A stretch of 64,000 nucleotides of DNA from Heptranchias perlo (GCF_035084215.1 NC_090331.1:72292001-72356000), one strand, 5' to 3'. Shown: positions 10,838 through 24,012, numbered from the stretch's first letter. Numbers and translations: made by a program. Notes: generated by a model not told the origin, from the letters alone.

Positions 10838-12402
10838 CTAGATGTCCCTCATGCGCCTGAAAGATCCGATACTTGAGCTGATGCCACCCCAGTCACTGAA
10901 TCTCCTGTATTCACCGGGTCTCATGAAGTACTGGCGGCCTCTGTAGTTGGGTTGTTCATAGAAGTTCCAGTAACCGTCCATCACATGGCAGGAGTGAATG
11001 TCACGGGAGCGGAAACGATCGTAGACAGATGGACAGTCATCCGTGAATTCCATCATCTGTCCTCCAAAGTCAGGCCTCTCATAAATCTTCATTCTGTACG
11101 ACCTTCCTCTGTACTGTAATATAAATACGATCATATTCCTGATGAAACTGCAAATATACATTTGGTATGTGTAGAAAAAGAGATACCTGGTAAGGAGGGA
11201 ATATGACGGGGCCCAGATGATGTCATCAACAATGAGGGCAAAGCTGAGTAAATTTATTAACATCGATTGAACAAGTTGATTATGTTTGAGCCTCGTTAAC
11301 AGCAAGCAGCTCCTATGTAATTTTATACAGTGAAGCAGTGAACTCTCTGTAAGAGTACACGTGGTCTGATATTAATGGTTGCACCCAGACAGGAGGTTTC
11401 TCAATAGCTGTAAAAATCTAAATTTACTTATTGATCGTATTGTGAGGAGATTTTTCTCTGTGTGTGGGAGCAGGTTTCTCTTTCTTTTAATCTATTAAAC
11501 AATTACAGTAAAACTAATGGTGCAAGTGCAAATATGCCTGTCAGCAAGTTGTACTCAGTCATGTCTTAGTCTAGCTCGAGATAAACTTATTACTTTCTAC
11601 ACACTCAATGCATCAATTTGGCTTTCAGTTCTGAATATTTGATTAATAACAAACAAATGTATCCAATTATATTTCCAAATATTTATGAGCTATGCAACAG
11701 GCTACACGTCACATGACACATTGACCTTCCTTTCCAGTTCGCACAAGTATAGACTTAAAAACCAAGCCGTATAACTTCACCGCAGGTACAAAATTACAAG
11801 GGCTGGTACTAACTTTTGATAGTAGCAGAAAACAGGTGGCAGTGGATTGGAAAATCAGGCAGGATATATGACGGGCAGCCAATCCGCTTCCGTCCGTTAT
11901 CCCCCACTGCCGAAAGTTAAAATCAGCCCCATGTAAACGGGTAATATGTCTTCACAGCCGACACAGACAAAATAAAATGCCCAGCACAGTGGCCATTTTC
12001 TAGATGTCACTCTGGGTAGAACAAAGAAACCACCAAAAGTTTGTTTACTTACGTATGGGTAGGTGCGACATGACCTGATGTTGTCATTGAATCCCATCCA
12101 GCGCTGGTAGTCAGGATATTCTCCCCTGCTCAGAACATACTGATATCCCATGTAATTGGGTTTCTCATACACCACCCACCAGTCACTCTCAACACGGATG
12201 GAGTTACAGCGGCTGAAGTAAGAGGACAGGTCAGCACAGTCAGTACTGCACTCGTGGTGCCGACCCTGGAAGTTTCTGTCCTCGTAAAAGATGATCTGTG
12301 GAAAGACATAAGCTTGTAATTAATAATTTCACAAACTAGAAGATAATTAACGATGAATTCTAATACAATGTATAAAATCTGAGTTCTCCTTGCCTTTCCC
12401 AT
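10838..12402 (-). CDS. Gamma-crystallin (shark S-1-like) copy A; exons 12394-12402, 12053-12295, 10838-11113; 175 aa
   Basis: Classic 9/243/276-nt gamma-crystallin exon layout with four Greek keys ([15 protein letters not shown]...[11 protein letters not shown]...[12 protein letters not shown]...[11 protein letters not shown]...GSFRRMRDI*). Intron 1 is 98 nt GC-AG; intron 2 is 939 nt GT-AG. Confidence 0.97.
11800..11929. mobile_element. ~130-bp MITE in crystallin intron 2, present in all intact copies
   Basis: Imperfect inverted ends GGGCTGGTACTAACTTTTG and CGAAAGTTAAAATCAGCCC. Confidence 0.6.
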
Positions 12403-12463
12403 TTTGAGCTCACAGTTAGATTAGTAACTGACTGAATGTTCCACTGTTTCACACAGCTTGGTA

Positions 12464-12602
12464 TTTATATGCTGGGCAGAAAGGCCTCTCTGGGCTGTAC
12501 TTTTGTTACACGAATGATTCAGGATTGAAAATCAGCAAAATAGCAACAGAACAAATGTTGCATTCATTGTAGAAAAATACCTGAGTTATGGGTGATGCGT
12601 CA
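12464..12602 (-). promoter_or_regulatory. Crystallin promoter A: TATA box with candidate Sox, Maf half-site and CRE-like elements
   Basis: TATAAA at 12464-12469, CTTTTGT at 12500, TTTTGCTGA (minus) at 12532-12540, TGACGCATCA (minus) at 12593-12602. Equivalent TATA boxes at 24074, 35684, 50268, 61241. Confidence 0.7.
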
Positions 12603-14631
12603 TTGATTGTTTTCAGTTTGCTTTCACCTCATTTTAATTGTTATACAAATAACAGACCAGATTTAGAGTCTATTTCACTTCCACCTTACAATTAAATATC
12701 TCAAACACAGCATTAAAGCTGGAAGTGTGTTGGAGTGCAGAAAGGATATCATTGCGAATATACATCCAGCTATTTGTACCTTTACTGATCAATGGAGATA
12801 GCTTAATACAAAGATTCAATTTTGTTTGGATTAATGCATCTGGTTTTATCACTTATATTTTTGAGTTGTTTCTTCCTTCTCAGTTCTTCTTCCTTTTTGG
12901 CAGAAACCCTGGCCTGTGCTCAGTATTTCACCACAGCAATGTAACCTAGATTGGGAAGGGTAGAGGATTGCGACTCGAAAACCCCATATCCTACGCATTG
13001 ATATCCTAACATGCTTTGCTGTGCTGTACTCTGCCCACTGCCTCAGCCGTCATGCAGGCACCTATGATGCAACAGTCAAAGGTCAATGGGGCCATGGCTC
13101 CATGCACAGCCATCTGTGATAGCAAGGCAAATAGGCTTTTAGATCAGGGAATAACAAGGTGAATTAGACACAGTTATAGACAGCAGAGGAGTCAGCTGTC
13201 TCATCACCAATTATCTCCGAGGGAACAAAGTGTCTTTCAGATGGAATTGCATTGTGAAGTAGTTTGTAACATTTGTATTTCCCCGTTAGGACTTTAACTT
13301 GAATCCAGCTCAGTGTGCCTGAAATTTGGCATTAATTGAGAGGAGAAAAGAATGGCTGATGGGAAAAGAAAATGTCAGAAGTGTGACTGAGGAAGGAGCT
13401 TCATTCTATATCTAGCCTGTGCCATATTCGACCCATAAATGCTCAGATAAGGTAGGAAAAGTAAGCAGATGGGCCACTCCTGTACTTAGCACTGACACCT
13501 CACCTGAATGAGTATAATTGATCCCCTCCCATAACACTAAGAGCAATTTGTCACTGACCATTGTACAGCATTGAAATGAGGATGATCACATGAATACAGA
13601 ATATCGGTTATAATTCTTTGTGATCTGCAAGAACATAATTGATAAATCCAGATGCAATACACCAGAAAAATTGAATATTTTTATTATCATACGTGCATTG
13701 ATCAGTGCAGATACAAATAACACTCAGTTTCTATACTCCTTGTCAGGTAGAGCTCAGAGAGGCAGCTTGATCATGTTTGGGACAGAGATTTCGACACATC
13801 CTACAAAAGGCAGGCATAGCTGGGGCCCGAGGAAAGTTTAGGCCTCCACACCCCAAACTCCACCCCTCCCCCACTCTGCCTCATGAACACAACCTCCATG
13901 AGACACCTCCAGAAGCTGATCTTGCCACATACCTGTGTCACTAGTGGGGCCTTCAGGCTGCGTAATATTCCAACACATCCTTTCTGGAATGACGCCCGGG
14001 AGATAAAATAACCCAGGCCTATTTCTGAAGCAGTGGGTGAGTTTCATACTTACACTGTTACCCACCCACCTCAAATCCACCCAGAGTTATAAATAATCAG
14101 GTCTTTCAGGGTTGTGGCTGAGAACACGGAGAGCTACATGTTCAGAGGAAGATAGATGAGTGTGGGTAAAGAGAATACAGAAACAAAGGCAGCTGATGTC
14201 ATGGTGTCATTTCTCGATAAGAGGATGAAAAGAAGACCAGAGACCGGAGGAAGGGGGCTGAGAAGGCTGGAGACATTGTGTGCTAAACTTTCAACTCCAG
14301 TCGTGGTGTAAACAGGCGAGATCGGATCGATTGCCCATTATACACTCCCCTCCTCCACACCCAGATTTTCCTTTCCATTGTAGTCAAAGTCAAGATAAAT
14401 CGGGCGAGCCGTACAATGGACAGCTGATCCGTTATTGCCTGTCTAAAGCCCCCACCGATGTTTATGTCCCATTGTACGTGCTATATAACTCAACACCGAT
14501 TTACATTACATACCATTGCCATTCACCAATACACTAATATCCTTTCCTATGCTGTATTCTGTGCACTAACACCATTTAGTTTATAATTCCAGTGTTTATT
14601 ATTCTTCCCTTTTCTTATCACTTTGCACTTG

Positions 14632-17600
14632 TGTAAGGAATTTGGACATTTGGTCAAACCCCATTTACTCTTTTGAACTAATTGACGATTCAACATAAAG
14701 AGTTAACCAGTCTCTTTAAGGATTTGGACATTCACTTGGATTCTGTCTCTCTTCTTCTGTTACAAGCTAGAGTGTTTATTGCTTTACTTGTTTTAAATCA
14801 CTTCAACCATTTACCAAACATTCTTATTAATGTGATTACATCTCAAAAACACAAAGAGAAGGGCTTGGAGTTGGAAATTCCAAATCCAGCTGTTCTGTGT
14901 ACATCAGTGTGTGAGATAGACAGGGTTAATTTCAGACAGGCTGCTCGCAAAAAGGAGAGAGCGAGACCTTGGAAGATCAGACAGAAAAGCTTGCCTGTCT
15001 CTCCCATGTTTTCTCTCGCCATATTTTGTTGGGTTGCTTAGAAATTTAGTGCGATTGTCGCAGTGCTTTAGTCAAGTGTATAAAATTTTTTAAGTTTCTT
15101 AATGTCAGTTAGTTCCCCCGGTGATAGAAGGAAATCTGATGTATTCACGGAGAAAAGTAACAGTGTAAGGTGGCCAACCACAACCACCACGAAGGTCCAA
15201 TAAAGGCACCTAAAGGAAATCAGAAAGCAAATGAATTGGCTAAGAAAGGGGGGATGGGGGAATGGATTGAGAGCGAGTGGAAATGTTTCCCCCAATGGAA
15301 AATAATCAGCCTGAGAAATTGCCCAACCCAATCAATTTGAAACAATTATAAAAAGAAGATCCTGAAATAAAGGCAGTCTTGGTGATGGTAGAAAAGAAAG
15401 AAAGTCCAAGGGGAGAATATGATAATCAACCCGAATTAAAGGTGAAAGATGGGATCCTGCTGTATGACCAAAAGTGGGTGATACCACAGAATGAGTGAAA
15501 TGCTTTTCTTTACCAAGCCCAGGACGCACCCACTTCAGGACACCCCGGGGAACATTAGAGAGGCTCCAGCATGGAATGAAAAGCCAGGTGGAGCATTATT
15601 GTCAAAACTGTTTAATTTGTGTACAGCACAACCCGGATGCGAATGCCAAGAAGACACTGTTACACCACACCCGGCCGACAGCTGGCCCTTGGACCAATCT
15701 ACAGACAGGTTACATTGGGCCCTTTCTCCCTTTCTCTCGAGGTTATCGGTATGTGGTGGTACTAGTAGACACAGTCTCAAAGTGAGTAGTAGCATTTCAA
15801 ACCCCCCATTGCAACAGCACAGGCCACTGCTAAAATACTGGTGAATCACGTATTCACCAGATGGGGATTCCCAAAGTCCATCGACTCGGACCAATGTGTT
15901 GGGAATCAAAACACGATTCCATATTTCACATAATCCTTCCCCATCAGGCTTAGTGGAGAGAACGAACCGAACATTAAAAGCAATGTTAAAGAATTTGATT
16001 GAGCAATCCCCCAAAACATGGGACCAATTGCTGCCCTCGAATGGGAATGGGAAGTTGGGATGGGTATAAGAGGAAGAAGTTGGACTAGATTGTAAATGCA
16101 CAGGAGAGAGTGGTACACCAATCCTCTCCCTGGCTTGGAAAAAGGGAGAGATCCTGGATGGTAACATTGAAAGAGACCTAATTAAGGAAACCTTAAAGAC
16201 TAGAATTTAATAAAAGGCATGAGGGACTGTTTAGCTGTGGCACTAGCTTTTACAAATATGGGAATTAATGTTGACTGCGACAATGTTACAACCACCTCAC
16301 TCACCAATGGTGCGGGGACCCACAGTAGAAGGAGGCGGGGAGATGAGAATGATTAGGAATCAGAGTCATGGCTGGAAACAGCAGCCTGGAACCAGATAGA
16401 CATAGAGAGCATGCGGGAACAAATGAAGGAACTTTTAAAGAGCATGAATAAAGGGGATCGAGATCTGGGCCCTGATTTTCAAATAAAATTGCGGGTGCGT
16501 TGGGGGCAGGGGGACTGCGACAATCAGGAAAATCACAAGTGGGTGAAGAAGCCGCCGACTTCCGGGTTTCCCAATGACGTGCCTGTGTGCGCGTGCGCTA
16601 CACGAATGCAGAAGTCCTGCCGGCAATTAAAACCAGCGGGACGATAGTTAAAGAACCAAACGTATCTCATTGAGGTACTTAAAGTATTTTATTTCTGACA
16701 TAGTACAGAGTTAAAACGATTGAAAACTTACCTGGGCAGCTTTCCCACAGCTTCCAATTCACGCCTGGTGAAACCTGATGTGAAGGGCTTGGTCAGGCAA
16801 AAATAATCGTAATAATTTAAATAAAAAATAAACCAACTTTGCCACCGATGTCTCCTGCACCCCCCTGCTCTGATGTCGGATGTCCCCCTCTCTGATGTCC
16901 CCCTCTCCCCCTGATGTCCCCCCTCTCTGTCGTCCCTCTCAGCCCCCAATGTCTCCCACTCCGATGCTCCACTCAGCCCCCGGCGTCTCCCCCCCCGATC
17001 TCCCCCTCACTCTACCCCCGGATCTCCCTCTCTCCACCACCCCCCCCGATCTTCCCCTCTCCCCCCCCCACAATCTACAGCGCTCTCCACTCTCTGTTCC
17101 AGCACTGGATGATGTGTGTCTCTCTCTCTCTCTCTATTTCTCTCCACCACTCACCTCGGCGTAGCAGCTCCTGTTGGCAGCCAGTCTGTCAATCAGGCTG
17201 ACTGACGGGCGCGAAACCCCACTGCCATCACGCCACCTTTTTAAAATTGAGCCCCTGATATATGAAACCCAATAGGATACAGTATCGAGAGCCAAAATAA
17301 CAAAAGGCACGGAGCAAATAATGGGAAGAGTAAATGACATAATGGACTCAAACACAATATAACGGGATATGTTGGGAAATAAAAGGTCCAAGAAGAGGTT
17401 AAGTAAAATAAACAAACAATATAACTTAGACCAGGTTGGGAATGTTTACTCTATGTTTCAATAATGAAATTGGGACAACCGGAGGCAACGGAGAAATTAT
17501 ATTTAACAAGAATTATCCACAAAATGGATAATGGTAAAAGGAGAGCTGGAGAATCTTTTAAGTCCAAGATTTCTTGAGAATATTGCACACTGTAATTTTC

Positions 17601-19399
17601 TGACAAACTTGGTGAAGATGAAACGAGCTAATGCATTTATAGATTAAAAAAATACAAAAGCTAGTAGATCATGAGTGGTGTGAGACAGTACATAATGTTG
17701 GACAACACACATGGGTTAGAATGTTTAGTATGGCTTTAATAAGCAACGTTTACTAATGTTTATGATGATAATCTGCTTATGTGTAATGGGATGTTTAATT
17801 CACAACCATGGCAAAGCAATATTCTTTCTGCATATGTCACGGCAAACCCGTCCTACACAGGAACATGACCCAATGATAAAGGAAACTTACCAATCACGGA
17901 CAATGCTCAAAGTGTGTGAAAGTGGATTGGTCAAAAGATTAGTCAGATCCACTTGAGGAGGGACTGTAAGGATTTTGGACATTGGGTCAAACCTCATTTT
18001 ATTATTTTGAACGACTGGATGATTCAATATAAAGGGTTAACCAGTCCCTTTAAGGATTTGGACATTCACTTCGATCATACATTTACATTACATTTGACAA
18101 CAAGGGATAACGGGCCGCCCACTGATCCGAAACACTGTCTCCTCTCGGGCGGTGAGGACGTGTAAACGTGCCCATCCACCCTCAAGTCCCTCCTGCTGCC
18201 GGCCGTTATGTGCCACCTTCTCCTGCAAAACAGAGGACAGTTTGTCAGTGAGTATCCTGCAAGGAATGTGGGTGATATGTCTGTCATGGTCGAATAGCTG
18301 TCAGTTTCTGTGACCTGTGAGTGGTGGTTGTGTGGCCTGCAAGTGTAGAACTATGTTCGGGTGAGATGCAGCGTACTGAGTGCAGCATTGCTTGTAGATG
18401 GGCAGTGTTTGTTGGTGGGTGGGTGACGGGGAGTGTGATGTGTGTGGCAGTAATGCATTTGGTAGGATGTGCTACTTGACACTTGCATTCACTCACCTTG
18501 ACCACTCGTGTCAAATCATTGAACTTCTTTCAGCACTGCATGACATGGCGGGTGCAGTGCTCCTGGCGTTGAAATCCTGCGCCACAGCCTGCCAATGCCT
18601 GCGGAGCTGCAGTCCGGAGGGACTCCTGCCACCCTTCCGTACACCCCTTCCACCAGGGCCTCCAGAGCATCATCGGAATAGCGTGGAGCCCTCTTTCGTG
18701 GTGGTCCAGCTATCCTCATGGCCATCTTTCCCTCCTGCAAGTAAGCAGTGTACCTGCCATTTGCAGTGTGCACCGGCACTTTTAAGAGGTGCGGGCTGCT
18801 GATGACGTGCGCTGTGCACGCCCCATTTCCAACTTCCTCATTCTCCGTGTAGCCTCTCAGCTGCACAGAGATATCATGGTGGGTAGCTGGCAGCACGAAG
18901 TTCACGTGCTGCCTGCGTAGGGTCCATCGGGCGCGGGGTACAATCACATCATGCCACCCCCGCCCGAAAACGGCCCATATCGAATTTTACCCCAATGTCT
19001 CTAAACGTTGATGAAAAGACAAAACTTGATGAGACAAACTTCGACATATCACCTGTTACCAAAGAAATCAATTCCCTACTTTCGGACCTGAACGACTGCT
19101 TTGACCTAGACGACTGCTTTCATGGGTAAGGTTGTATCATTTCTTTGCTCGCTTTGTTTTGAGCCTCCTCATGTGCTCTTTCAAATCATTAAGTAAGGAA
19201 CATCGCAAATCCCCACTTGCATTATCGGGAAGAGTAATCCTTCTATTAATTGAGTGGCTTCATGCTGGCCATGTGCTCTTTTTAAATTACTAAATAAAAA
19301 ATCACTGTGAGCCACAAAACTAACACATCAGGTGGCTTTCTTTGTCTGTGCTATCGTCCAGATCCATGAATCTCTGGGAAAGACCCGAAATTCCCGACA
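14632..19399 (+). mobile_element. Endogenous retrovirus, unit A (nested MITE 16468-17254; Harbinger fragment 18111-18993)
   Basis: Same structure and CTTG TSD as unit 0; keeps AGAAGGAGGCGG (RRRR) at 16327-16338; 3' LTR from 17965. Confidence 0.88.
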
Positions 19400-21609
19400 C
19401 TTGTCACAATTTTACAACCAATTTATCGTCTGTCCAGAATGCTCTGCACCTGATCAACCTGCTTTTGATTGTTTGCAATCCCCACCATGGTGTCATTAGA
19501 AAATTTGGGCAGTTTTGACTCTATCCCCACTTCCAAATCATTGATATATAATGTGAATAGCAAAGGTCCCAGCACAGATCCCTGGGGCACCCTCAATCAT
19601 TTCCCATCATTCGGAACCAGCTCCATGCACAATAACTCGCTGTCTCAATTGATGCAGTCAGTTGCCAAACCAATTCAATAACTGCTCATCTAATCTATGC
19701 TTTGCTGTCTTTTGGATCAAACTACAATGTGGCACTGAATCAAAAGCCTCACTGTAGTCTGTACAAACAATATTCATGGAGTTTCTTTCATCCATAACCT
19801 CCAATACCACCTCAAAGAATTCCAACAGGGTTCCCTCCATAAAGTTGTGCTAATTTATCTTGGTGGCTTCATATGCCTTTGGCGTTAAATGATGCCCTTC
19901 GTTAAGATAATATCTGAACATTTTCCCAACAACAGACGTCAGCCTCATCAGCCTATCATTTCCAGGACCGTCCTTTTGCCCTTTTTTTAATTACACTGGT
20001 TGTGTCCCTTTCTCTCCAATCCTTGGGCACAACTCCTGACCTTAAAGACCTCCACCAAAACATAACCAATTTTCTTGGCTTCTTGCTTAGGTACCCTAGT
20101 GTGCTGGCTTTGGTGTCTTACCCTCTTTCAGTGCCTTCAACATTTCAGTCACTTCCTTTTCAGTAGCAACCTGTAATCCTTGCTTTGATCAATGTATTTT
20201 AACAATGCTAATACTGGTATTTTTGAATTTACTTCTGTTTTATAATTGGTGATACACGTACACTTATGAGGAGAGAATCAGAAAACCAGTAGCTGCTTGT
20301 TGTTTTGACCAAAGCAACAGTGCAAAAGTCCTTCAATCAGTATATGTGTAACAGATATAATTACCATGCAAAACTTTCAGATTGGAGTTATAAGCAAATT
20401 TGTACACACATTCTTGCTGTGAAAGGTGTTCTCTGTGATATAGAAGGTAAATGTATCTTGTTTGCTTGTACCATAGATAAATGGACACTTTACTCACTCT
20501 TCAATTCATCTCACAGACATCTCCGATGAAAGGCTCAACAGGCAGTAGAACCATAGTTTTTTATATGTCTGAAACCAAGCAAAATAAATCTTTTGATCTG
20601 AGGATGAGGAGGTTGATTTGCTACAGACTTGTACAGGAGTGGAGCTAATCACCTGAATATCATCACTTTAACGGCACTGAGAGTCCGTCAGAAGGAATGT
20701 AACTTTGAAGTAGTTTACAGCATAGTCACTTGACTTCTCGGACATGAGCTTGACTCTAACTCAACCCACTGAGGCAACCTGGGATCATTTGAACTGATTC
20801 AGAAGCCAAAGGATGGCTGTTGGAATAAAAATCTCAGATTGGTTGCAGTTGTCTGTGCCGCTGTGAGGGTAGGGTTAGGGCACGTTGTTAGGGCAGAAGA
20901 TTGAGAGCTTCATCCTGCATTTGAACTTTGTTGTATTGGCCCATGAAAGCTTGATGTTTATAGAGATCGAAACAAGTTCCATCACCTAAAACTTGCACAA
21001 TTCACCTCAATCACACAAAATACTACCCTCTTTAAACCAGTTGGGAGCTATTTAATATTGACCTGTATTTTTACCTGAGGAGATTAGAAAGTTATTATAT
21101 TTGATGAGAAAATTTCTGATAAATCACTGCATTAATTATAAATATTCACGTAACATTTTTTATCATTGATTGGTGCTGATATTACCAGCAGGAATTGATA
21201 TTTTTTCTGAGGTTGCGTTCCAACAGCACTGATTGAGTTATTTTTGCCATGTGATATGTTTTACAATGTGTTTCTTTCAATGAATCACATTCTCTTAGAG
21301 CTGTGGATGTCAGGGAAATTGAACTAAATCATTAAATGCTTTCTGCTTGAAATGTGCCTGACCTTTATTTCAGATTTCTTTGGCAAATTGAAATGCTAAA
21401 GAATTGACCACCTGTGATTATGGGCCAAGCAGTCCTCATTCATAGTGACACACATTTTCAATCTCTCTTCTTTGAAGTCACAACATTAAATTGTCAATGT
21501 TATTGATTGAGTTTACAAGGCCAAATTCCTTCAGGTTGAAATCCCGGGAATCCAGCAGAAAGGTTGAGAAAAATGTCGGTTGCTGGATAGGCCAGGTCGG
21601 GATCTTAGT

Positions 21610-22005
21610 GTTAGCCATGGCTCAGTTGTCGCACTCTCGTCTCTGAGTTAGAAGGTTGTAGGTTTAAGTCGCACTCCAGAGATTTGAGCACAAAACCTAG
21701 GCTGATACTTTAGTGCAGTACTGAGGGAACACTGTAATCTACTGACAGAGACTCTCGTCTCAAGATCTGGGCAGTTCTCCCCGATGTCCATTCCAATATT
21801 TATCCCTCGACCAACATCACTAAAAACAGATGATCTGGTTATTGATCGCATTTCAGTTAGTGAGAGCTTGCTGTGCGCAAATTGTCTGCCGTGTTTCCTC
21901 CATTACAACAGTGACTGCACTTCTAAAGTGCTTAATTGGCTGTAAAGCACATTGGCACATCCTGAGGTTGTGAAAGGGGCTATATAAATACAAGTTCTTT
22001 CTTTT
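21610..22005 (+). mobile_element. SacSINE1-like DeuSINE
   Basis: Copy of 10000-10395 at +11,610. Confidence 0.8.
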
Positions 22006-22447
22006 AGTTGGGCATTCCTAATCAGCCTTGTAAGTAGGCCCAGTGAGATCTGCTATATCACCCTCATGAAAGGTGTAAATAGACCTCACCGGAAGAGATG
22101 CAGGATTGGGAAATGACTCCTCCAAGTCCCGTACAAATGAGCTGATCTCCTATTGGCCACGCAAACCCCACCCAGATCGGTACTGATTGGCACCGGTGGG
22201 CACAATTCTGCATCTCTAATTACATTTCCAATGTAATTTTCTGCATCACTAATTACTCACTTTAATGATATTCATATAGCTACGGTAAAATATTCTGCAT
22301 GAGACCACCTGATACCATCACTGTTTTGGACAATTTCATTGCGGATCAGAAAATAAGTCAATTAAGCAAAATGACAGTGTAATAGTGGATCTTTTATTAT
22401 GTTGGCTAATGATTCAACAACATAAAGTCATGTTTTACAATGATAGA

Positions 22448-24012
22448 CTAGATATCCCTCATGCGCCTGAAAGATCCGATACTTGAGCTGATGCCACCCC
22501 AGTCACTGAATCTCCTGTATTCACCGGGTCTCATGAAGTACTGGCGGCCTCTGTAGTTGGGTTGTTCATAGAAGTTCCAGTAACCGTCCATCACATGGCA
22601 GGAGTGAATGTCACGGGAGCGGAAACGATCGTAGACAGATGGACAGTCATCCGTGAATTCCATCATCTGTCCTCCAAAGTCAGGCCTCTCATAAATCTTC
22701 ATTCTGTACGACCTTCCTCTGTACTGTAATATAAATACGATCATATTCCTGATGAAACTGCAAATATACATTTGGTATGTGTAGAAAAAGAGATACCTGG
22801 TAAGGAGGGAATATGACGGGGCCCAGATGATGTCATCAACAATGAGGGCAAAGCTGAGTAAATTTATTAACATCGATTGAACAAGTTGATTATGTTTGAG
22901 CCTCGTTAACAGCAAGCAGCTCCTATGTAATTTTATACAGTGAAGCAGTGAACTCTCTGTAAGAGTACACGTGGTCTGATATTAATGGTTGCACCCAGAC
23001 AGGAGGTTTCTCAATAGCTGTAAAAATCTAAATTTACTTATTGATCGTATTGTGAGGAGATTTTTCTCTGTGTGTGGGAGCAGGTTTCTCTTTCTTTTAA
23101 TCTATTAAACAATTACAGTAAAACTAATGGTGCAAGTGCAAATATGCCTGTCAGCAAGTTGTACTCAGTCATGTCTTAGTCTAGCTCGAGATAAACTTAT
23201 TACTTTCTACACACTCAATGCATCAATTTGGCTTTCAGTTCTGAATATTTGATTAATAACAAACAAATGTATCCAATTATATTTCCAAATATTTATGAGC
23301 TATGCAACAGGCTACACGTCACATGACACATTGACCTTCCTTTCCAGTTCGCACAAGTATAGACTTAAAAACCAAGCCGTATAACTTCACCGCAGGTACA
23401 AAATTACAAGGGCTGGTACTAACTTTTGATAGTAGCAGAAAACAGGTGGCAGTGGATTGGAAAATCAGGCAGGATATATGACGGGCAGCCAATCCGCTTC
23501 CGTCCGTTATCCCCCACTGCCGAAAGTTAAAATCAGCCCCATGTAAACGGGTAATATGTCTTCACAGCCGACACAGACAAAATAAAATGCCCAGCACAGT
23601 GGCCATTTTCTAGATGTCACTCTGGGTAGAACAAAGAAACCACCAAAAGTTTGTTTACTTACGTATGGGTAGGTGCGACATGACCTGATGTTGTCATTGA
23701 ATCCCATCCAGCGCTGGTAGTCAGGATATTCTCCCCTGCTCAGAACATACTGATATCCCATGTAATTGGGTTTCTCATACACCACCCACCAGTCACTCTC
23801 AACACGGATGGAGTTACAGCGGCTGAAGTAAGAGGACAGGTCAGCACAGTCAGTACTGCACTCGTGGTGCCGACCCTGGAAGTTTCTGTCCTCGTAAAAG
23901 ATGATCTGTGGAAAGACATAAGCTTGTAATTAATAATTTCACAAACTAGAAGATAATTAACGATGAATTCTAATACAATGTATAAAATCTGAGTTCTCCT
24001 TGCCTTTCCCAT
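22448..24012 (-). CDS. Gamma-crystallin (shark S-1-like) copy B; exons 24004-24012, 23663-23905, 22448-22723; 175 aa
   Basis: Protein identical to A; one synonymous change seen (Asp GAC>GAT, 22454); splice sites intact. Confidence 0.97.

Noticed and set aside
10838-11305. 155-aa ORF with a hydrophobic N-terminus read as a secreted or membrane crystallin (also 22448, 34058, 48642, 59615)
   Set aside because: The N-terminal 64 aa are intron 2 read-through upstream of the exon 3 acceptor; conservation reflects recent duplication.
12130-12402. 90-aa [11 protein letters not shown]...
   Set aside because: It is unspliced read-through of the 98-nt intron, out of frame with exon 2, and is closed by a stop in copy E.
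15535-16167. 210-aa minus-strand ORF as an antisense viral gene
   Set aside because: It is antisense to decayed integrase, spans a deletion junction, and is broken in units 0, C, D and E.
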